Source of the DNA: Octopus bimaculoides
Taxonomy: Eukaryota
Reading direction: 5' to 3'
DNA: 44,849 nucleotides
Assembly: GCF_001194135.2 (NCBI RefSeq)
Contig: NC_068982.1
Span: 35,664,001-35,708,849 of the forward strand
Part shown: positions 35,660 through 44,849 of the stretch, piece by piece
Numbering within the stretch: position 1 is the first letter of the stretch
Layout: each line of letters starts with the position of its first letter
Program-made: the position numbers and the translations under genes
The notes under the pieces: generated by a model
The model's input: only the letters and a program-made list of their open reading frames with translations
What the model was told of the DNA's origin: nothing
The model's database searches: none

Positions 35660-36582
35660 TGAGTAAGTGAGAGTGGGGGAGGGAAAGAGGGATGAAAGGT
35701 ATGAAATTGCACTAAATTTATATATGTATTTGACTAAAACAAGTTTTATTTTTTAACATAGGACATAAATATTTCTATTATATATCTCTATACATGAAAG
35801 TAAAGGTATAAAATTATGATTACACAAAAAGATGTTTTCATATGAAAGAAGTAAAAAATACTAGTGTATGTTTCTAATATGTGAGTTTTACACAATAAAA
35901 AACAATCACATTTTACTGAAAAGTTTTTGTATAAAAAATGTTTTACTGGAAAAGCTTTAGTGTATGTCAAAGACGTTTTACAAGAGAAGAAAAATCGCAT
36001 TCTATTAACATTTACATTGTCATTACATTTGCAAAGTATACACACACATGCACATACACACCCACATATATATGTATGTATATATTTGTATGTATGTATG
36101 CCTGTATATGTACATGTTTGCTGTGTGTATCTGTGTAAAACAGAAATGAAGTAAGAGAAATAACTCACTGTAACCAGTGGCATGAATTTGGACAACAAAA
36201 ACACATCTAAGGGTACTTTGAAGACCACATAGGATGAATTTTTCATTTATTGAAATTATCTTTGCTTTGAGAGACAGTAAATAAATGCCTGGTGACAATC
36301 ACGACAAATTCTATAGAAAAAGAGGAATAATCTCAAGAAACAAGAATTCTCCAATGTTGACATTGGTGTTAAGGAAGTTTTTTTTTTCTTTTTGCTAAAA
36401 ACAAGAAGTCACCTATGGATACATGTTTCTGCTTCAGTAGGCAGCAACAGTAGTTGTCGTACCTCAATGTGTATGTGCATGGGTATTTTTGTCTGGATTT
36501 TCTACCTAACCTATATTCCTATATTCCATGAATTACAGAGACAATTAAGATTTTCTCATTGACATATTTTATTATCATTTAA

Positions 36583-36748
36583 CCCTTTAACGTTCAGATT
36601 ATTCAGCCAAATGTAATACTTATTCATTCACATTGTTTCAAATTAATCAGGCATAATCTTGTAGCTTTGAGACATTGATGAATTGATTGTTTATGTTTTC
36701 AATAATACTGTCAGGTTTGTGTGAGGGGCCAGTTTAAATGCTAAAGGC
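36583..36748. mobile_element. piggyBac-type MITE
   Basis: TTAA|CCCTTTAACGTT ... AATGCTAAAGGC|TTAA. Confidence 0.75.
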
Positions 36749-36752
36749 TTAA

Positions 36753-37810
36753 GGTGTTGAGCTGGAGGAAACATTAGAGTACTAGACAAAAATGTCTTGC
36801 AGTATTTCATCCAGCTCTTTATATACTGAGTTCAAATTCCACAGAGGTCAACTTTGCCTTTCAGCCTTTTGGAGTCAATAAAATAAGTACCAGCCAAGCA
36901 CTGGGTGTTGATGTAGTTGACTTCCCCTCCCCTCAAAATTGCTGGCTTTGTGCCAAGAATAGAAAGAACATTTTATCACCCCATTTTCAAACATTGTTTT
37001 TGTGTGTGGCTATGATATATTATCTAAGGGAGCAATATTATTGTCTTAATTATGGAATAAGATAATTTATATCTGCATTGCACCACTACCACCAATCTAC
37101 TAATCTCACTGGTTTGTCATTCTGTTTATATTTTTATTGTTGGATTAATAGTCATTAGAGCATTGGACAAAATGCCATGCAGTATTTATCCTGGTTATTT
37201 ACATTCTGTGTTCGAATCCCACTGAAGCCAACTTTGCTTTTTATCCCTCTGGGGTTGGTAATATAAATTATTAGTCAAGTCCTGAGGTCAATTTAATCAG
37301 CTAACCCTTGACCCTCAAATTTCAGGCTTCGTGGCTATATTGAAATTTTATTTTAATTTATTTTCTAGGGGTAGTGGATTCGCAGAATCATTAGAAAACC
37401 TGAAAAAATACTTTGTAGTATTTGTTCCAGCTCTCTTCATTCTGAGTTCATATCCTACCAAAGTTAACTTTGGCTGTCATTCTTCCAGGGTTGATAATAC
37501 TAAAGTATCTGTCAATCACTAAAACCATACCAACAAACTTTGCCTTGTATCTATACTAGAACATTTATTAATATCATTTTATCAATATAAGGCAGTGAAT
37601 TAGCAGAGCCATTAGCACGCCAAGCAAAATGCTAAGTGGCATTTCATCTACCTTTACATTCTGAGTTCAAATTCCACCGAGGTCAACTTTGCCTTTCATT
37701 TTTTCAGAGTCGATAAAATACATCCCAGTTGAACAATGGGGCCAATATAATTGACATAACCCCTCTCCTGTACTTGCTGGCCTTGATCCAAAATTTGAAA
37801 CCAATATTAT
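36753..37810 (+). mobile_element. Cluster of four same-strand family A SINEs
   Basis: Copies at about 36753-36968, 37140-37335, 37368-37570 and 37590-37810, each with a TTCTG(A/T)GTTC B-box or close variant and an AACTTTG(C/G) body. Confidence 0.8.
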
Positions 37811-38029
37811 TCTATTAATGTGTATCAGACACATCTTTCAAATATAATAAAACCTTAATAATCACTTTTCACGGGAATATTATGGCCATTGAGGTTTATA
37901 CCCACATCTGCTCTTAAGGTGAAATCATCTCTAGGAAAAATTCACTTGTATCAATTAATTAAATGAACACTTTTTTTTTCCCAATAGATGTTTTTGATTT
38001 AATGGAAAACTTTGATCATTGTCATCATC

Positions 38030-38260
38030 AGCTTCATCATCATCATCGTTTTAACAGCCATCTTTCCATGATTGGGTTGGATGGAGTTTATTAATCCAGA
38101 TGGTCTGTGGCCAGATGATCTTCCTGTCATTATTCTTCTCCTGTTTCCAAGTAAGGTAATATTTTCCCATGGCCAGAATATTGGAACCAATGACATTACT
38201 TGTATGACAGTGACACTCATTTACAACTATTACATGATACCAAAGCAGGGAATCACAAAC
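38030..38260 (-). mobile_element. RTE-type 3' tail element (R2)
   Basis: (CAT)n, TTTCCATGATTGGGTTGGA, CTGTTTCCAAGTAAGGTAATATTTTCCCATGGCCAGA. Confidence 0.7.
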
Positions 38261-38278
38261 ATACACACATTCACACAC

Positions 38279-38322
<44 letters not shown>

Positions 38323-38437
38323 ATATATCTTCCATCTTCTGCCACTCTCATTAATCAAATACCCAACAAATACTGTGAAACAAACCCTGCTTTCCAGTAA
38401 GCTACCAGATGTATACCATATGATTTATTATCTAATA

Positions 38438-38479
<42 letters not shown>

Positions 38480-39166
38480 ACACAAGGTGGGCTTCTTTCA
38501 GTTTTCATCAGCCAAACCTACTCATAGGACTTTTGTCAGTCCAAAGCTGTAGCAGAAGACTCTTGCCCAAATGCTATACAATGAGACTGAACCCCAAAAC
38601 CCTGTGGTTCAGATGCAAGCTTCTTAGCCATACACCTCTGCTTGTGTCTATTTTAAACAACTAAAAGCTTACTGTAGTCTATGCAGTGGAATAAGTTAGG
38701 AAAACTATTTTACATATCAATCCAGTAGTAAAATTTAGTATTTGAACTAAATTCTACTGCTAAATTTGTTCATAGAGTTTTAATTCTCTTTATATATCTA
38801 GCATTATGTTGGAATTGATTCTTTTAGAAATTGGAAATTTGATTTGAGAGGTTCTTGGTGGTGTGGGAAGGCTTGTTATTCTTTTTTAACTTTGAAATTT
38901 CAAAATAAAGTTAGTGGAGTATCTTATCTCTTACTTGTTTCACTTATTGAACTGCAGCCATGCTGAGACACCACACTGAAGAGTTTTAATCAAATAAATC
39001 ATTACCAATACTTTCCCTGGAATTTTTAAGTTAGTTACGTATTCTTTTGGATCAGTCTCTTTTTTTAAACTTCTATGTTACAGGGACATAGACAAACCAG
39101 CACCCGTTGCCAAGCAGTGGTGGAGTGACAAACCCAGATGCAAAGACACACACACACACACACACA
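38480..39166 (-). mobile_element. SINE family E pieces (head 38480-38640; 3' half 38930-39166)
   Basis: TTGGGCAAGAGTCTTC box; CAGCATGGCTGCAGTTC tail; adjacent (CA)n/(GT)n. Confidence 0.65.
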
Positions 39167-39690
39167 NNNNNNNNNNNNNNNNNNNNNNNNNNNNNNNNNN
39201 NNNNNNNNNNNNNNNNNNNNNNNNNNNNNNNNNNNNNNNNNNNNNNNNNNNNNNNNNNNNNNNNNNNNNNNNNNNNNNNNNNNNNNNNNNNNNNNNNNNN
39301 NNNNNNNNNNNNNNNNNNNNNNNNNNNNNNNNNNNNNNNNNNNNNNNNNNNNNNNNNNNNNNNNNNNNNNNNNNNNNNNNNNNNNNNNNNNNNNNNNNNN
39401 NNNNNNNNNNNNNNNNNNNNNNNNNNNNNNNNNNNNNNNNNNNNNNNNNNNNNNNNNNNNNNNNNNNNNNNNNNNNNNNNNNNNNNNNNNNNNNNNNNNN
39501 NNNNNNNNNTATTCAATGCTGAATTTTATTCTGATTTGCACACATGTACCGAGAACAACCCAGAAAGATTTCTGCTTCTTTATGAAGAGATATGTACAGA
39601 TAGACTTCATTCCCTTTGCTTTGTCAGATACGTAGAGTGTTCGTTTTGGTAAGGTGAGGATTTTGCTTATTTATATATATTTTGTACTAT

Positions 39691-39753
39691 ACTATGCTGA
39701 TGAACGGAAACTAGATTTCATTCTAGTAATCGCGAAATCAGTCGATACATAGT
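39691..39753 (+). ncRNA. Degenerate type-I hammerhead-like motif
   Basis: actatg-CTGATGA-acggaa ACTAG atttcatt CTAGT aatcgc-GAAA-tca-GTC-gata-catagt. Confidence 0.4.
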
Positions 39754-39882
39754 TGAGTTATTTAAAAGAAAGTTGGTTTCTTCTGATGGTTGCTTTCCTC
39801 ACATTCAGTACTAAAATGTGTTTATTTGGGAAGTCTGTTGTTGTGTGGCATTATTCTGTAGTAATGCCCTTATATAAATATA

Positions 39883-40399
39883 TATAAAAATTAGAAAATG
39901 GAGGATAATACACTGAACCCAACTACTTGCAGACGGTGTATCCCATTGAACTCATTAATTTAATTCATAGCAAAAGTGACAAAAAAAGAAAGAAAAAGAA
40001 AGAAAGAACCAAAGCACAGGTGTCTATGGCAGACTATGTTATTTTGCCAACCTGGTTTACATATAGAAGTACAAAGTACATAAGGAATTAGAGGATGAAC
40101 AGAAGTTTAATCTTAGCTTTCTAGATTCGGCTAATAGCGCTGATGCCACAAACAACGTATGTGGTGGAATGTTTGCTTATAAAAACTTGTATATGCACAC
40201 ATGGGAGTAAGGGGACATCCGAGTAAGGTTGTGCACACGAACCCACACATATATATGCATTGGAGTGTCTATAGCTACCTATTTATAATGTTTGTAGGCT
40301 CTTTGTGTGCCTTGTATTTTTAAGGGGTTTTTGACATATATCTTTTTTATACTTTTGCATGTCCCACATGCTATACCTTCATTTTTCATTTATGTATTC

Positions 40400-40438
<39 letters not shown>

Positions 40439-40970
40439 TTCCTGCTGTACCCTTATTTTTATTTTGATTTTGATTTTAATTCTATTTTTTATTTTTATTT
40501 NNNNNNNNNNNNNNNNNNNNNNNNNNNNNNNNNNNNNNNNNNNNNNNNNNNNNNNNNNNNNNNNNNNNNNNNNNNNNNNNNNNNNNNNNNNNNNNNNNNN
40601 NNNNNNNNNNNNNNNNNNNNNNNNNNNNNNNNNNNNNNNNNNNNNNNNNNNNNNNNNNNNNNNNNNNNNNNNNNNNNNNNNNNNNNNNNNNNNNNNNNNN
40701 NNNNNNNNNNNNNNNNNNNNNNNNNNNNNNNNNNNNNNNNNNNNNNNNNNNNNTAAACTTCTGTTCATCCTCTAATTCCTTATGTACTTTGTACTTCTAT
40801 ATGTAAACCAGGTTGGCAAAATAACATAGTCTGCCATAGACACCTGTGCTTTGGTTCTTTCTTTCTTTTTTTGTCACTTTTGCTATGAATTAAATTAATG
40901 AATTCAATGGGATACACCGTCTGCAAGTAGTTGGGTTCAGTATATTATCCTCCATTTTCTAATTGTTATA
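39883..40970. repeat. Foldback 6: ≥217-bp near-identical inverted repeat spanning a gap
   Basis: Arms 39883-40109 and 40754-40970 differ by about 3 substitutions and an 11-nt indel; the right arm is cut by the N-gap. Confidence 0.9.
40136..40177 (+). ncRNA. Highly degenerate hammerhead-like motif inside foldback 6
   Basis: agcg-CTGATG-CCACA aacaacgta TGTGG-tGGAATGTT-tgct; reaches CTGATGA GCCACA..TGTGGC GAAAC GTT by one 2-nt deletion and three transitions. Confidence 0.3.
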
Positions 40971-41873
40971 CAAATTTGGGGTAAAACCTCCACTTTTACC
41001 CGCTCCCATTGATTGCACTTAGTATCGCACTAGTGTAGCAATAATTGGGTACCCTCCCAGCAGTATACTGGATAGATACTATCCCTTAGTGGGTTGAACC
41101 CCCAACCCCTAACTCTCTCACACTATATATATATATATATATGTAACAGGCTTCCACACAGTTTCTTTTTATCAAATTCACTCACAAGGCATTGGTCAGT
41201 CTAGTCAGTAGAAGATTTCAAATCTTAGTTTTAATTTTCCGACATATATTTTTGTTTCTATTTTCAATACAAAACAATTTTTTTTAAACTTGAATCCAGT
41301 TTCATTTCTTTTATTTAGCCATGTCTCTTAAACTTTTGCCTGTCCAAAGCATTTTCATAAGTTTGTCCTCAATGTCCATGCTTGTTTTCAAACTTTCAGT
41401 TAGCCCTTGCTTCATATCTTCTGAGTAATAAAGAGCTTTCCTTTCGTAAGCCTCAGTTAACTCTGGTAGTTGAAAACAATTGGGAATATACATGGTATAC
41501 AATGCATGGACTCCAGAGAAATATGTCCTGTTTAACACATGTGATACAAAGCACAAACAAAGGATTAAGAATCAACTAAAGTATATTATTAGAAAATACA
41601 AATAATTATGATTGTATATAATCATAAAATATTAGTAAACCAATTAAGTAATTGAATGATATTTTCTATTATGTTTAATGATGACATTTGAAATTTTAGC
41701 TGGATAGCAAACTACAAGGCTCTTATAGCCTCGTACACTGCAATTTTATACATGGCTGCCAGTTTTGTGTTCTCTCTGGACAAGGCACATAATTCCATTT
41801 GATACAATCTCTCTTGTCAGAAAATATATTTTTGTGCTTCTCTGCTATAGAGTGGTTAGTACTAAGAAAATTA

Positions 41874-41914
<41 letters not shown>

Positions 41915-42748
41915 TAATACTGATGATGGTGATGATGGTTTTTGATTTAGGCACAAGGCCAACAGTTTTGAAGAAAAACTATACATGTATCATATATTAG
42001 GGCTCAAATACCTCTCAGACATGTTTGGACTGGTCTTAAGTTTGTCTCTATATATATGTGTGTGTGTATTTATGTATGCATAGTTATAATAACACATGTA
42101 TATGTGTATATATTTATTTCATGTTTATATATATGTTTCATATAATATTCAGGAGCCGTACATCCTCCCATGATGCGTGTGTGTGTATGCTTGTGCATGT
42201 GTGTGCAATTGTATGTGTGTATGCGTATACATCAACTAGTAAAAAAAGTTCTGGAAATCAGAGTATAAATATTTCTGGTCTTTATTCAACTTCTTGAATG
42301 ATTTAATATTAATTTTCACAAGATCTTTACACAAAGTTTTCACCCTTAAAATTCCTTCACCCATGTTAGTTCAGGTTTGTTAATAATTAGTTACTTCATA
42401 CTGATTAAAATCAACATTTAAAAGCTAGATTATCTTTGACCTGAAGAAATGAAGACTGAAAAAAAAAGATCTTTGGTTCTAAAACAAAAAGAAAATCTAC
42501 CAAATGTGATTTTTAGATGAAATTATATAAATTAATAGTTTTCATATATTGTTGATGTTTTTGTCAGTGAACTGGTGAATCTCCTCCTCTGACTTATATA
42601 ATATATCATGTTTGAATGTAAAGCAAAAGCTATTATCCAAAACCATTCATTCATACTTCTGTATACTTCACTTTCTTTAAGATTTTAATGCATTCACTTC
42701 AGTATTCTACTTCATTTATACTGGTCATAATTTTAATGTATATATATG

Positions 42749-42796
<48 letters not shown>

Positions 42797-43653
42797 AATC
42801 TAAATTGGACACAAACTCCAATTTTTCTATGCAATTGGCATGAATAATCGTTGAGAATTTTCTTAACATGAAACCAATGGTAGCCTTAAATCACAAATAA
42901 AGAATCTTTATCCACTAGTGCAGTGTTGAGCACTCATTCTCATTGTTTGATATTTCTGTACACATACATACATACATACATACATACACACACACATGTG
43001 TATATTTATAAGTAAAAATATGATAAACACAACATGCAGTTTATACTGTTTGTTCCTAATGCACATTTCACCATTGTATCTATTTGCATCCTCCTCTGCA
43101 GTGAGTGTTCATAATACATTTGAATGCAAACCCACAATAGTTCTTCCGGGGAATACTTTATAACATTATTTTATCACATAGCAAATGCTTAGATCTAAAA
43201 TCACACACAACATAATGTGAGAGTATACTTTTTTTGTTATACAAATCTGATGTGCTGCTCTAATGTAAAAGAGCACAACTATTCAATAACATTTTGCATG
43301 AAATATTTACATACAATGGCATTAAAAATGGAGTGAAACTGAAATAATAGTAACTGGTAATTAAAGATATGCTGAAATCTTACTTCATCTTCTTCTTTGG
43401 ATTCATAAGATTTACAAGTGAAAGACCTGGATTTAGATCTTCATCAAGACTATAATTCAAGGGTGTAGACAGCCTCAAACTCAAGTTGAGTGGTGCATTG
43501 AAAATACTCTGTTTTTCTATCCTGTCAGTATCTCAATATGCATATATGTATACATATATATATATATATCACGTAGGTAAATTGAAATTTAGAGGTAATA
43601 CTTGACAATTGTAAGCACCTGTGTATTCCAGCTAGTGGTTGCGGTGAAAGAAT

Positions 43654-43723
43654 AAATTGTAAATCCAAAAAATAACAAAACTACAAAGGATTTTTAGTTT
43701 TGTTGTTATTTTTGGGATTTACA

Positions 43724-43727
<4 letters not shown>
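43654..43727. repeat. AT-rich ~30-bp inverted repeat next to (TA)n
   Basis: AAATTGTAAATCCAAAAAATAACAAAACTA / TAGTTTTGTTGTTATTTTTGGGATTTACAATTT. Confidence 0.8.
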
Positions 43728-43774
<47 letters not shown>

Positions 43775-44208
43775 NNNNNNNNNNNNNNNNNNNNNNNNNN
43801 NNNNNNNNNNNNNNNNNNNNNNNNNNNNNNNNNNNNNNNNNNNNNNGATCTATATTGCAATAACATTGAAATATCACTACTGATATAGTTGTTTTTATTA
43901 CTATTGATGATATTAATAACTAGGTTGTTGTTACTATGGTAGTCTTTATCAATACATGACACTTAACAGTACAACAAAATGTTGCTTCTATAATATATGA
44001 TACCAATGTAAGACTATTTCTAGAGTTAGACAAATTATCAATTCTAGATCATACTATTTGACAGTGCATGCTCTAGTTGTCACAATAAGCTATATTATGA
44101 ATAATAAACAATTGGTAGAGCATAGATCCATCTTAATAGTACGTTGTATTTATTGAGGATGTTTTAAATCAATGTATGTATTTATTAATTATATTAACTA
44201 AACTTTAA

Positions 44209-44428
44209 CCCTTTTGATACCTACCTGCCTGAGACCACTCTGGTTTGATGATGCAAATATTCTGTTTTAAAGTGATGTAAGTTAAAACCTACCGTCAAAA
44301 TTTCATGTTAATTTATGTTCCAAACACTTGATTGATAATGGCAAAAGTTATTTTACTAGATTCTTCATTATTTTCAAAATTAATTAAAACAAAAGCTGTG
44401 TATTTCAACATATATTGTAACAAAAGGG
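44209..44428. mobile_element. piggyBac-type MITE (second family)
   Basis: TTAA|CCCTTTTGATAC ... GTAACAAAAGGG|TTAA. Confidence 0.78.
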
Positions 44429-44849
44429 TTAAGGAGGTTTGTGGCTGGCAGCATTGTGCATGAATTCTAGAAAAAATTTATAAATGTGCTGTAATAAAAT
44501 AAAAATAGTATCTCAAATTATATTTTAGAGCTGTTGCAAAAAGGGAAATTTGATTTTTAGAGTTCCAGAGCAGAGTTTTTTTTGAAGAAAAATATATACA
44601 GAAGTAGGTGAGATGAGCAACATAAGAAGATTAATGATATTTTTGCATGTGGAGAAATATTTACTATAATGACACATATTTTGTTTCACAGTGCTGTGTG
44701 TGTGTGTGTGTGTTTCATTATCATTGTATATTTTCCATACTATCATGAGTTGGACAGGTCAACTGCAGCACATTGTCTTGCCTCTTGTTGCAGTCTTTCA
44801 TCATTTTCTTCATAAGATCAGGCTCTAGATTTTTGATATATATATATAT

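Larger units (their letters stand above)
816..43846. other. Nine assembly gaps (816-1093, 5822-5831, 13534-13543, 16023-16625, 25541-26253, 34234-34361, 39167-39509, 40501-40753, 43775-43846)
   Basis: N runs, most abutting (TA)n or (CA)n tracts. Confidence 1.

Noticed and set aside
8945-37810. tRNA-like A/B boxes as tRNA genes
   Set aside because: No complete cloverleaf or acceptor stem; all continue into SINE bodies.
6687-40169. A-to-G changes in hammerhead cores as evidence of retrotransposed ADAR-edited RNA
   Set aside because: Across foldback 3 the A/G differences run in both directions (3 vs 2), so there is no strand bias; too few sites.
40775-40850. ICKPGWQNNIVC resembling an EGF motif
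   Set aside because: Lies inside the inverted-repeat arm, lacks EGF cysteine spacing and has no splice sites.
700-44746. Most ORF-track entries (YIYI, HTHT, CVCV, poly-X)
   Set aside because: They are translations of (TA)n/(CA)n microsatellites and N-gaps, or of SINE sequence.

Overview
AT-rich, microsatellite-dense eukaryotic DNA with nine N-gaps. I found no recognisable host protein-coding gene. The repeat content (tRNA-headed SINEs, RTE tails, very dense (TA)n/(CA)n) looks like a coleoid cephalopod, probably Octopus; this is inference from remembered repeat families, not a database result. Supported features: a broken DD36E Tc1-like transposon (26254-27327, -), a full-length dead maT/DD37D-like mariner (34387-35622, -), an R4/Dong-type non-LTR fragment with RT and RLE motifs (11638-12520, +), RTE 3' fragments, about 30 SINE or LINE-tail copies and several piggyBac-type MITEs. 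The main unexplained signal is a set of unrelated long inverted repeats (foldbacks) that carry type-I hammerhead ribozyme cores of the Penelope-like-element (PLE) kind, usually next to (TA)n tracts. The cleanest is 32838-32904 (+): an essentially intact core capping a 35-bp stem. Three more foldbacks with hammerhead-like cores lie within 1.3 kb at 5467-6800, and further degenerate cores are at about 16750, 39700 and 40150. No PLE ORF is visible, so the PLE link is inferred. All alignments and folds were done by eye, and SINE boundaries are approximate.
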